Positions 39,546 through 48,065 of a DNA stretch of 51,669 nt are shown here, one piece after another (position 1 is the stretch's first letter; each line of letters opens with the position of its first letter). The notes under the pieces are model-generated. The model saw only the letters and a list, made by a program, of their open reading frames with translations. It did not search any database and had not been told where the DNA came from. The position numbers were made by a program, and so were the translations under genes. The stretch comes from Candidatus Omnitrophota bacterium (GTDB lineage: Bacteria; Omnitrophota; Gorgyraeia; Gygaellales; Profunditerraquicolaceae). The stretch lies in NCBI GenBank assembly GCA_026387265.1, contig JAPLLZ010000054.1, positions 1 through 51,669 on the forward strand, read 5' to 3'.

Positions 39546-39732
39546 TAGTCGTGGACGAAAGGCGAACCCTACAACCCATTGAAATAGAGCTACTTATAAA
39601 AATTCATCGAAAACGTAGCATGGGTTGGCTCATCGCCCTAGACGAACCCATTTTCAATAAACCTACAAAACCCAAAGAACCAACGAACTCAGCTCCCTAC
39701 TATGACTACGTTATTTAGCGACTGTTTGCTCA

Positions 39733-40452
39733 TTAGCTCTTTTCCCAAAAAAGTTCTCCGGAAGCGCTCACGATAAAAAGACGCATATATTGCTTCTTCC
39801 AAGATTCATTCTCCGACAAAAATGCGTCAAGTTCATTCTGCCCTTTGCCTCGCGGATACTTTAAATAATCATCAAAATACACCAACAACGCAGTCATATC
39901 TGGACGTTGCGTAACTTTTGTTTTGCGATCTATCGCTTTTTGAATCAGATCTATTTTTTCTGCGATCGATTTGCTACTCTCCCCTACTTCATCTTCCACT
40001 GAAATTTGCAGTCCGGTTTTCTTAGTGCCTATTTTAGTAACTTTGCCAGTCGTAGAAACAGAACCTTGTTCTAAAAAATACAACATTCTTAGATGCTCTT
40101 CTTCGTCTCTGTCTGCCTGTGTTATTTCTATGTGCTTAGGTATAGACTCGTCACTACTTTCAAGCCGGACATCAAAACTCTTTGTTCTCTGTTTTTTCTG
40201 ATTGCGTGGAATATAAGTTATCCTTACACCTTGCCATTCTTGTTGCTTGCGCTGGAGAAGGTGATACAAAGGGAATAATTCCTCATAAAAATTCTTTGCT
40301 ATCCCTTTATGTAAAATATTTTGATTTTTCAGTTCTTCTCTATAGTCTTTTGTGATAGCTAGTTTTTGTTCAAACCATTTAATAAACTCTTCTGGAGTTC
40401 TTGCTTGAGAAAGCTCAGTTTCAGTTAGATAGTCTTCGAGCATTAAGTTCAT
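39733..40452 (-). CDS. Hypothetical protein, possible PD-(D/E)xK nuclease fold
   Basis: ORF 239 aa; SFDVRL...KHIEITQA resembles a D...ExT nuclease core; preceded by an AAAGGGA SD. Confidence 0.55.
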   Translation of the reverse strand: MNLMLEDYLTETELSQARTPEEFIKWFEQKLAITKDYREELKNQNILHKGIAKNFYEELFPLYHLLQRKQQEWQGVRITYIPRNQKKQRTKSFDVRLESSDESIPKHIEITQADRDEEEHLRMLYFLEQGSVSTTGKVTKIGTKKTGLQISVEDEVGESSKSIAEKIDLIQKAIDRKTKVTQRPDMTALLVYFDDYLKYPRGKGQNELDAFLSENESWKKQYMRLFIVSASGELFWEKS

Positions 40453-40463
40453 TCATTCCCTTT

Positions 40464-40916
40464 TTATACCATTACTTCTGGCTTCCACTCTATAATCGGC
40501 TTGAAAGCATTCCATCTTGCTTCGCCGGTTAATTCGGGCCGATAATCTTTATTGGTTTCGATTTCAAATGCTCCGGCAGAGCAAATCATAACCCACAATT
40601 TCGGCATAAAAGGTGAAAAAATCTTAGCCCAACTCTTATAATGCTTATCTGACCAAAGGATTAACACTTCTTGACCTTGCTTAACCTTCTCAAAAGCCAT
40701 GCGTAAATGTTTGTAGTCCTCTTTATGGAAAATAAGACCTGTAACAGGATCAGCAAATTTCGAACATATAACTGTTAAAACAGCATAGGGATAATATTTA
40801 CGGCCATTAATTTCAAATTCTTGCGTTTTATCAAAACGAAGAAATTTGGTTACCTTACAAAGAACTCCGTCAATCTCAGCCCACTGCTTATTGTTAATAA
40901 AATGCTTCTGGGCCAT
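40464..40916 (-). CDS. Hypothetical protein
   Basis: ORF 150 aa; its AGGGAG SD overlaps the cassette boundary. Confidence 0.65.
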   Translation of the reverse strand: MAQKHFINNKQWAEIDGVLCKVTKFLRFDKTQEFEINGRKYYPYAVLTVICSKFADPVTGLIFHKEDYKHLRMAFEKVKQGQEVLILWSDKHYKSWAKIFSPFMPKLWVMICSAGAFEIETNKDYRPELTGEARWNAFKPIIEWKPEVMV

Positions 40917-40966
40917 TTTTACTCCCTACAGGGTTCGCGTCCACGACAACTCAGGACCTCAAAAAC

Positions 40967-41058
40967 TGGCGGAGAGGCTGGGATTCGAACCCAGGGAACC
41001 AGTTGCCCAGGTCAACTCATTAGCAGTGAGTTGCTTTCGACCACTCAGCCACCTCTCC
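40967..41058 (-). tRNA. tRNA-Ser(GCT)
   Basis: GGAGAGGTGGCTGAGTGG..., anticodon loop CTGCTAA, long variable arm, GGGTTCGAATCCC, encoded CCA. Confidence 0.97.
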
Positions 41059-41093
41059 AATTTTCAAATTTTTTCCCGCTAAATGTCCTCTAA

Positions 41094-41573
41094 TTAGTTA
41101 CAGGATCCCGCCTTATGATTAACACGCTTGCGGGAAAAGAAATCTTTTAGTAAAGAACTGCACTCTGCCTGAAGGATTCCTTTAGTTACTTTAATACGAT
41201 GATTTAACTTTTTGTGGTTTATGATATTTACTACAGAACCACAAGCGCCGGTTTTAGGATCACTGGCGCCAAAATATAAGGTTTTTATACGCGCTAAAAC
41301 CAACGCTCCGGCACACATGCTGCACGGCTCAATTGTAACATAGAGGCTAGCCTGGTTCAACCACTTTGTCCCTAGATAATTTGCGGCACTGGTAATAGCA
41401 ATTATTTCGGCATGGGCGGTAGGATCTTTTAAGCGCTCAACCTGATTATGGCCCCTGGCAATAATCAGGTTATTGTGAACAATAACTGCTCCAACAGGTA
41501 CTTCATCCTCCTGGAAAGCTCTATAGGCTTCTTTTAAAGCCTCCTGCATATAATACTGCTGGACTTTTAGCAT
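41094..41573 (-). CDS. tadA: tRNA-specific adenosine deaminase
   Basis: EVPVGAVIV, DPTAHAEI (HxE), TIEPCSMCAGAL (PCxxC) and DPKTGACGS. Confidence 0.97.
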   Translation of the reverse strand: MLKVQQYYMQEALKEAYRAFQEDEVPVGAVIVHNNLIIARGHNQVERLKDPTAHAEIIAITSAANYLGTKWLNQASLYVTIEPCSMCAGALVLARIKTLYFGASDPKTGACGSVVNIINHKKLNHRIKVTKGILQAECSSLLKDFFSRKRVNHKAGSCN

Positions 41574-41602
41574 TCTCTGTTTACTATAGAAAACATTTAA
41601 TA

Positions 41603-41676
41603 TGCGCCCAGCTGGGGTCGAACCAGCAACCTTCAGTTCCGTAGACTGACGCTCTATCCAGTTGAGCTATGGGCGC
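41603..41676 (-). tRNA. tRNA-Arg(ACG), CCA not encoded
   Basis: GCGCCCA/TGGGCGC acceptor stem, anticodon arm TCAGT-CTACGGA-ACTGA, GGTTCGACCCC T-arm. Confidence 0.95.
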
Positions 41677-41775
41677 AAGATTTAAAAGATTCTTGCCAGT
41701 TGCCCGCCAAAAAATATTTCTATTTTTTTGGCGAGGTCTCGCCACACCTAGTATAGCGGGAAACTATGGGCGCAA
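41667..41775. mobile_element. 85-bp REP/MITE-like insert flanked by a 12-bp duplication of the tRNA-Arg 5' end
   Basis: CTATGGGCGCAA at 41667-41678 and 41764-41775; the internal hairpin is CCCGCCAAAAAA...TTTTTTTGGCGAGGTCTCGCCA. Confidence 0.6.
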
Positions 41776-41808
41776 AAACTAATTTAAGTATTGATGAAAA
41801 CAGGACTA

Positions 41809-41837
41809 ATTATACCTGCTTTTTTCCAGGCTGTAAA
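41809..41837 (-). promoter_or_regulatory. sigma70 promoter of the tRNA-Arg / tadA / tRNA-Ser transcript
   Basis: TTTACA-17 nt-TATAAT on the minus strand. Confidence 0.75.
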
Positions 41838-41890
41838 GAAGCTTTTGGGCGGATTTTCACAGCGGGCCAGGAATCAACACCTTCTATGGA

Positions 41891-42772
41891 TCACTTTCCT
41901 TCTTTTGCGATCTCTTCTATCTGAACCGAAGTATGCCCGAATTGCTGAAAACGATTCGTTTTAAGTTTTACATCACAAGGATTACAGTCACCGAATTCTC
42001 CGCATTCCCTAAAGCTATTGTTAATAGAAACCTGTGGGTCTAAAAGGTTGCCCACCGGAGAAAACGAATTATAAAGATCATGGTGGCACCGGAAAATATC
42101 CGCACCCGGACCGATAATGAGTTCGCTGGTACGGCACAAACATCTTTTACGCTCTCCTGTGCCTACCGCATCGGGATAAAAATATGTCCCGTAAAACTTT
42201 TTATCATATTCACCCAGGAATTCTTTGGTCCTAAAATCAATCCCGGATTTAAGGCAGGTATTTTGCGCTGCTAAAACTTTACTTTTAAATTTAGGATGAA
42301 GAATACCGTATAAGCCGATTGAAAATCCGGCAGTTTGTAATTTTAAAGCATTTTTTAATAATTGACCCAGGTCCATATGCTCCGGATGATAACTTACCCG
42401 GAGATTCGAATATACCGCGCCCCGAGAGAGGCGGCAGGGATCAATTTCTTTTATAAAAACGTCTACATCAAAGGTGAGATTAGTCAAGATATCAATGTTT
42501 AAATCCTTACGGATATTCTTGATTATCCAGATAAAATCAGGATGCAGGCTTGGCTCCCCGCCCTGAAGGGTAACTGGTAAACTTGCATCACAGTCTATGC
42601 GGTTTAATGCCTCGGCCCATTTTTCTCCGGAAATAATGCTACACTTTCCCCTGCTGCTTCTGCCTTGAGAATTAATACAATAATCACAGCAGATATTACA
42701 ATCCAAAGTTAAAAAACAGGCGATGTAATTATAATTTTTTGGAATAGCTACGGCTTTTAAATTCATTTTCAA
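41891..42772 (-). CDS. Radical SAM protein
   Basis: CNICCDYC, TLQGGEPSLHP; C-terminal Cys cluster (C.C...CH...C....DCNPCD). Confidence 0.88.
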   Translation of the reverse strand: MKMNLKAVAIPKNYNYIACFLTLDCNICCDYCINSQGRSSRGKCSIISGEKWAEALNRIDCDASLPVTLQGGEPSLHPDFIWIIKNIRKDLNIDILTNLTFDVDVFIKEIDPCRLSRGAVYSNLRVSYHPEHMDLGQLLKNALKLQTAGFSIGLYGILHPKFKSKVLAAQNTCLKSGIDFRTKEFLGEYDKKFYGTYFYPDAVGTGERKRCLCRTSELIIGPGADIFRCHHDLYNSFSPVGNLLDPQVSINNSFRECGEFGDCNPCDVKLKTNRFQQFGHTSVQIEEIAKEGK

Positions 42773-43718
42773 TTTTTTCCTTAACTTTCTCCGGCAGAAT
42801 GTATTTCATACACTTTTTCTTCTTATTGCATACCGGCTTTAAGCAAGGTATGCATTTATAATCTGACGCGGGCAATATATATGGGCCGCAACCATAAGAA
42901 TATATTTCTTTATGCGAGGTCGGACCGAATAAAGCTACCACTCTTTTACCTAGTGCCAGGCAAATATGCAAACCAAGGGTATCGGCCGTAACCACTAAAC
43001 GGCAGGAATTAATCCAATCAATATAATTATAAATATTCGACAATCCTTTCTGCCATGAGATCGTATATTTATCTTTTAACAAAACCTCCAGCCTCTGCCA
43101 GCAGGATTCCGGCCACGACTTATTAGTCCATTTATCGCTCGTAGTCCAATTAAAACCAATATCGTATTTAATATTTGACTTTGGCTTATAACCCAGGATA
43201 TAACGTTCTTGCTTCCAGGTTTTGTTTAACGCTTTAGCCAAAATCTCCTGAAAACAATGCTGATTTAACTTCTTTTTACTGTGTTCTCGGCAAATTTCAA
43301 TCAAATCACTATCACCTATAATATTTTTAAGGTAATTTCCGATATGAGCTTGCCCGCCTTTTAAACCAAAACCTAAGCGCTGCTTAGCATTAAGGGAGCT
43401 GGCTAAAAAACACACCTCCGGTATTTTTTCCAGGTTAATCACCAAATCATAATATTCTTTTTTTAATTCATTTATTATTGAAGGATTGTAAATAAATATC
43501 CGGTGAATATATTTATTATGTTCTAACAACTGCTGCGCTCTCCCGTCAACCAACCAATCTACTGCCCAATCCTTATAATAATTAAGTATAAAAGTCGTAC
43601 GCAGCACATCTCCAAGGCTTGTGGTGATACTCAACGCCTTATCCAGGGTCTCTGAATAACCCATCTTGATTATTAAAACTTTCTGTTTTAACCTTTTTTG
43701 TTTTCGTGTCGGAACCAT
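42729..43718 (-). CDS. Glycosyltransferase family 9 (heptosyltransferase-like)
   Basis: KVLIIKMG, SLGDVLRTT, YDLVINLE, CRLVVTADTLGLHI..ALGKRVVALFGPT, C.PC....C..CM. Exact start uncertain. Confidence 0.88.
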   Translation of the reverse strand: MVPTRKQKRLKQKVLIIKMGYSETLDKALSITTSLGDVLRTTFILNYYKDWAVDWLVDGRAQQLLEHNKYIHRIFIYNPSIINELKKEYYDLVINLEKIPEVCFLASSLNAKQRLGFGLKGGQAHIGNYLKNIIGDSDLIEICREHSKKKLNQHCFQEILAKALNKTWKQERYILGYKPKSNIKYDIGFNWTTSDKWTNKSWPESCWQRLEVLLKDKYTISWQKGLSNIYNYIDWINSCRLVVTADTLGLHICLALGKRVVALFGPTSHKEIYSYGCGPYILPASDYKCIPCLKPVCNKKKKCMKYILPEKVKEKIENEFKSRSYSKKL

Positions 43719-45139
43719 TCCTGCCGTAAACTCCTTATAAAAATACAAAAAGATGTCCATAAATTGGTTTTAGTGACATAAATCTTCTTTCTAAGAATAT
43801 ACATTTTTGTTAAATAATAAGAAAAGGTGAAAACAGGATTATGCTTGATAAAAATTAAATATTTTAAAACCAGATTTTTCAGTAACGGGAAAACAATAAC
43901 TACCGGTCCCAATAGCGCCAAATTCATCTGCGCGTTTTTCTCCTTTTTCGTAAAACAATTAAGCAATGATTCATGCTGATAAGATGTATGCATTTTTTCA
44001 AAATCAAAGGAATAAACCCCTGAATCCACCGTTTTTTGCCCAAGCTCGGTTCCCGGATAAGGATAAAAAATCGGAAACTCCGCCCAGGTAACCTTACTTT
44101 TAAGTGAAAGCTCCAGTGACTCTATGTCGTTTTGAAGCGTTGTATTTGGTAAGCCGATAACACAGTTAGTAAAAGTATAAATCCTGTACTTATCGCAAAT
44201 AAGATGCGCATTGATAATCTGCTCATCAGACATCGTTCGTTTAAGCAAGTTTTTTCTAATTTCATAGTTGCCTGATTCAATTGACATACTTATTGTATGA
44301 CAGCCGGCATTTTTTAACAAGCGCACCATATCTTCAGTAAGAAGATCCGCCCTGGTTAAAATGAAAAAAGGTAAATTTATCTTATTTTTGTATTTTTGAG
44401 AAAATTCTTCCAGCCAGTCATCAGCGCTATAAGCAAAAATATCGTCATAGAACTTCACAAAACTCAACGGCCAGCGGCTCTTAACAGATAAAATCTCATC
44501 TATTACATAATCCACGCTGTGCCTCCTGACGGAGCGGCCTTTCCCTTGATAAAGTTTTCTCCAGGCAGAATTAAAACAATACGTGCAATCATAGGGGCAG
44601 CCGCGTGAAGTAATAATACTTTTCAGCGGATACTTACCCAGCGGGGTATTGTCATACAATAAAGAATAATCCGGCAAAGGCAAGGAATCCAGGTCATCAA
44701 TCAGATTCCGCAGGGTAAAAACTTTTAAATTATTTTTCGTCACTATATTAGGTATATTATCTGTTGATTTATTTTCCTCAACCGCCTGCAGCAAATCCGC
44801 AAATGCCTCTTCACCTTCCCCTACACATATAGCATTAAAACTATTACCTTGGATCATCTCAGGATAAAATGTCGGATGCGGTCCACCCATAATTGTAAAA
44901 ACATCCGGAAAATTCTGCTTAATCGCGCTATTCAACCGGAAATAATGCTTTGCTTCTCCTGTAGAAGAACTAAAACCCAGAATATCGGGTTTAACCTGTG
45001 AAATTAATTTAAGTGGATCAGAAGAATTTGTTTCACATAGATATACCTGATGCCCCTGTTTCCGGGCTACTGCGGAAATCGCACACAACCCTATCGGCAC
45101 AATAAAATTTTCGCTTTTAAATATAAAGAGGATCTTCAT
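43688..45139 (-). CDS. Cobalamin-binding radical SAM protein (class B methyltransferase-like)
   Basis: N-terminal B12-binding domain (PIGLCAISA, PDILGFS, MGGPHPTF, ICVGEGE) and SRGCPYDCTYC. Confidence 0.9.
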   Translation of the reverse strand: MKILFIFKSENFIVPIGLCAISAVARKQGHQVYLCETNSSDPLKLISQVKPDILGFSSSTGEAKHYFRLNSAIKQNFPDVFTIMGGPHPTFYPEMIQGNSFNAICVGEGEEAFADLLQAVEENKSTDNIPNIVTKNNLKVFTLRNLIDDLDSLPLPDYSLLYDNTPLGKYPLKSIITSRGCPYDCTYCFNSAWRKLYQGKGRSVRRHSVDYVIDEILSVKSRWPLSFVKFYDDIFAYSADDWLEEFSQKYKNKINLPFFILTRADLLTEDMVRLLKNAGCHTISMSIESGNYEIRKNLLKRTMSDEQIINAHLICDKYRIYTFTNCVIGLPNTTLQNDIESLELSLKSKVTWAEFPIFYPYPGTELGQKTVDSGVYSFDFEKMHTSYQHESLLNCFTKKEKNAQMNLALLGPVVIVFPLLKNLVLKYLIFIKHNPVFTFSYYLTKMYILRKKIYVTKTNLWTSFCIFIRSLRQEWFRHENKKG

Positions 45140-45145
45140 CTACTT

Positions 45146-46936
45146 TTAAAGAGTTGGGTATGTTTTGATTTTGTGCTTTTGGATTCTTGCTACCTTTTTC
45201 ATATTTCCCTTTAATGTATAAAACTCGATCATTTCGTTCATTGCACCAATATTTTCCCTCTTCTCAAACTCATTAGAAGACAATATTTCAACGTTCGAAA
45301 AAAATCCCTGTGCTTTTAATCTCTCCACTTTTATTCTGTTGTTATATATATTTGATATTGTAAAAAACAGATAAATTAAACAAAGATATCCTGTGAAAAT
45401 AATAAAAAATTTATTTAAGTTACACCAACTCCCGTTTTTAATATACCAGAAAGAGGGGCTGACAGGCGTTTTCCATCTTTTCATTATCCAAATAACTGTT
45501 ATAGAGAAAAATAAGAATAACGGAAGCGCTGATTTTAATTTTATCTCCAAGTCTCTTATTTGAAACAATACGGAAGCGAAAATATCGCTGATTGCCTTAA
45601 TTCTTGCCATCAATCCCGGGGTGCGGCTAATATAGCTAAAATCTAATCGCGTTATAAATTCGGAAACCACCAGCAGATTCCATAAAACAAACAAAACCGA
45701 TATTGTGCCAAAAATATATAACACATATTTTTTCTGCCCCCGCAAAACCCTAGCAAGCAATAAAACAAAAATGGGGAATTCCGTAAGCAATATCCTGGCG
45801 CCACAGGTCCCTCCACCCCAGGCATAATTATAACTAAACACAAATACCTTAATAAACAAACACGAGGCTAAAATAACCAAAAACAGATCATTCATCTTAA
45901 GCGTATTTATATTATTGTTGTTTTTAGCGCTCCTTAACCCCTTGAATAGATTAACACCTGCCAATATAAATCCTAATAAACAAAAATAAAAAATCGGTGA
46001 AGTATATAAAAATCCCCGGTAAGAAGAAAACAGTAGCTCAATCAAGTAGTTATCATTAAAATTTAAAGAACCTACCTCCCCAACATGAAATGTACCGTAT
46101 TTAATATAATCGTTTATTATCTTTAAAGCCGCTACCGGTATTAACCCGAGCAGAAAACTAATCCCATTAAACCATTGTACTTTTTTTAATATCACCAGGT
46201 AGACAAACAAGATTAAAAGAAAAAATAATTGGAACCATATATCAACCTTGGCTACTAAACAGATCGAAAAAAACAAACCGTACAAAAACCAATAAGCACT
46301 TTTTTTGTTAATCACATAAACACACATCCAAATCGAGATAACCGAAAATAAAGAAGCAACTATATTAGCGTTGCCGGTTTCCTGTATCGTAAAATAGAAA
46401 AACGGCGTTCCGATAAATACAGTCAAAACCGAAAAGATAGAAACGTATTTTGAGAAAAATATCCTGGAAAACCTATAAGTAAGTAGCAGTGTAAGAAAAC
46501 TGAACAATACAGTGCTAAAAGACATTGCACATCTGGCCAGCCTGTCTACTCCATATCCAACTATACCATTCAAGCAAAGTTTATCCGCCACATAATAAAC
46601 AAGCTTTGCATAAGCATAAAATGGCGCCCACAAAGTAACTCCGCCGTGAGCATGAAAATCGGGTAAATTATATGATTTCGAAATACCTAGTTTGCCGGAA
46701 GGAAGATTAAAAGGATAACGGGGATCTGTGTGGTTTATTACATTAAAATCGCCGTCCTGAACTATACTTGCAGTATAAGAAAGATAAATCGGCTCATCGG
46801 GCCCGGGGAAATTTGCATCATAAACAACAAACAAGTAGAGAAAAAAAACTACGGTCAGGATAATTCCGCCTAAATGTTTAAGCTTACCTGATTGTATCAT
46901 TCTATTTGTCATGCGAAAATAGGCCCCATAGCACAA
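45146..46936 (-). CDS. Multi-pass membrane GT-C fold glycosyltransferase (ArnT/PMT-like)
   Basis: GPDEPIY early acidic motif, about 12 TMs, WGGGTCGARIL; the start may be 46912. Confidence 0.7.
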   Translation of the reverse strand: MCYGAYFRMTNRMIQSGKLKHLGGIILTVVFFLYLFVVYDANFPGPDEPIYLSYTASIVQDGDFNVINHTDPRYPFNLPSGKLGISKSYNLPDFHAHGGVTLWAPFYAYAKLVYYVADKLCLNGIVGYGVDRLARCAMSFSTVLFSFLTLLLTYRFSRIFFSKYVSIFSVLTVFIGTPFFYFTIQETGNANIVASLFSVISIWMCVYVINKKSAYWFLYGLFFSICLVAKVDIWFQLFFLLILFVYLVILKKVQWFNGISFLLGLIPVAALKIINDYIKYGTFHVGEVGSLNFNDNYLIELLFSSYRGFLYTSPIFYFCLLGFILAGVNLFKGLRSAKNNNNINTLKMNDLFLVILASCLFIKVFVFSYNYAWGGGTCGARILLTEFPIFVLLLARVLRGQKKYVLYIFGTISVLFVLWNLLVVSEFITRLDFSYISRTPGLMARIKAISDIFASVLFQIRDLEIKLKSALPLFLFFSITVIWIMKRWKTPVSPSFWYIKNGSWCNLNKFFIIFTGYLCLIYLFFTISNIYNNRIKVERLKAQGFFSNVEILSSNEFEKRENIGAMNEMIEFYTLKGNMKKVARIQKHKIKTYPTL

Positions 46937-47095
46937 TCTTCATTGTGCATTATAAAAAGGAATATCCGAATATTACTTAATAATCATCCAACTCAGGTAG
47001 TAACCAATAAAAAAATAGCATTCTTAAAAACTTTTATCCAGGAATGCGCTTTAGCGGTACTTATGTTTTTTAATTGTAATAAAATGCGGCTGGAG

Positions 47096-48046
47096 TCAAT
47101 CCAACCCTCTCAACCAACTTTGCAGCGACTTTAATATACTATCTTGATCGAGATGATGTAAACGCCGCAGATACTCCCGAGTACCATATTTCCTGCAAAA
47201 CTCATTCGCCAGGCCAATAGTTTTAAAAGGTATTTGCGCGTTTTTCTCCAATAAAAATTGCCCTAGGATACTAGCAATACCACCACAAACAAAATGTTCT
47301 TCCAATGTAATAATAAACCTGGAATCTTTTATTACCTGCCAAATCATTTCCTTATTCAACGGCTTTACCCTGAACAAATCTATGACGCCTATTTTTAATG
47401 AAGCAGAAGACATTTCCTCTGCCACTTTTAAAGCGGTAAACGCCATTCTCCCTGTTCCAATTATATATCCATCCCTGCCTTCTTTTAATACCGTAAATCC
47501 TTTAGCGATATTAAGTTGCTTAGCCCTTCTATAGATTAAAGGCAGTCCTTCCCTGTCGAGCCGGATATATTGAGGGCCTGATTGCTTATAGCAAGTTTTG
47601 GTTATTTCCCCTGCCATCATACTATCACTAACATTATAAATGGACATTCTCGGCAAAAGGTTCATCAAACCAACATCCTCATACCCGTGATGGGTCGGCC
47701 CCAGGGTAGAATAATCGAACCCAGCGCCTATCCCGACAACGGTTACCGGCAGATTCATACCACACAAAGCTACCCTTATTTGTTCATAACAACGCATAGT
47801 AGCAAAAGGAATAATCGCATATATAAAAACTATTTTTTTCGACATAGCCAAACCGGCAGCCACCCCCACCATATTCTGTTCAGCAATACCAATATTAATA
47901 TACTGCGAGCTAAGTTTCTTCTTGAAAGCATCATGGCAGATTGCTCCCGTGTCAGAAGTAACCAGAATAATATTCTTATCTTTTTTAGCTAAATTATACA
48001 GGGAATTGAAAAAAGCATCCCTCATCCCGATCACCCAACGCTTCAT
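47096..48046 (-). CDS. Transketolase, C-terminal (pyrimidine-binding) subunit
   Basis: INIGIAEQNMVGVAAGLA, RCYEQIR, GPTHH and ITLEEH. Confidence 0.92.
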   Translation of the reverse strand: MKRWVIGMRDAFFNSLYNLAKKDKNIILVTSDTGAICHDAFKKKLSSQYINIGIAEQNMVGVAAGLAMSKKIVFIYAIIPFATMRCYEQIRVALCGMNLPVTVVGIGAGFDYSTLGPTHHGYEDVGLMNLLPRMSIYNVSDSMMAGEITKTCYKQSGPQYIRLDREGLPLIYRRAKQLNIAKGFTVLKEGRDGYIIGTGRMAFTALKVAEEMSSASLKIGVIDLFRVKPLNKEMIWQVIKDSRFIITLEEHFVCGGIASILGQFLLEKNAQIPFKTIGLANEFCRKYGTREYLRRLHHLDQDSILKSLQSWLRGLD

Positions 48047-48065
48047 AATCTACTTAACCTCTCAT

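Larger units (their letters stand above)
39567..40930. mobile_element. Recombinase-less two-gene cassette bounded by 7-bp direct repeats (CCCTACA) inside a split palindrome
   Basis: CCCTACA at 39567-39573 and 40924-40930. The outer arms GTCGTGGAC-GAAAG-GCGAACCC and GGGTTCGC-GTCCACGAC are inverted repeats. Mobility itself is inferred. Confidence 0.6.

Noticed and set aside
39660-39730. Integron attC site after the cassette genes
   Set aside because: TAAC...GTT is present, but the span is too short, pairing is poor, the RYYYAAC/GTTRRRY boxes do not match and no intI is in the window.
40925-40960. 5' fragment of ffs (SRP RNA) after tRNA-Ser
   Set aside because: No matching 3' half was found; the sequence is better explained as the right arm of the cassette palindrome.
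40821-41093. ORFs 40821..41093 and 40846..41082
   Set aside because: They are antisense to tRNA-Ser and to the end of a real CDS.
39470-41775. CRISPR array
   Set aside because: The palindromes vary in length, spacing and orientation; there is no repeat-spacer periodicity and no cas gene.
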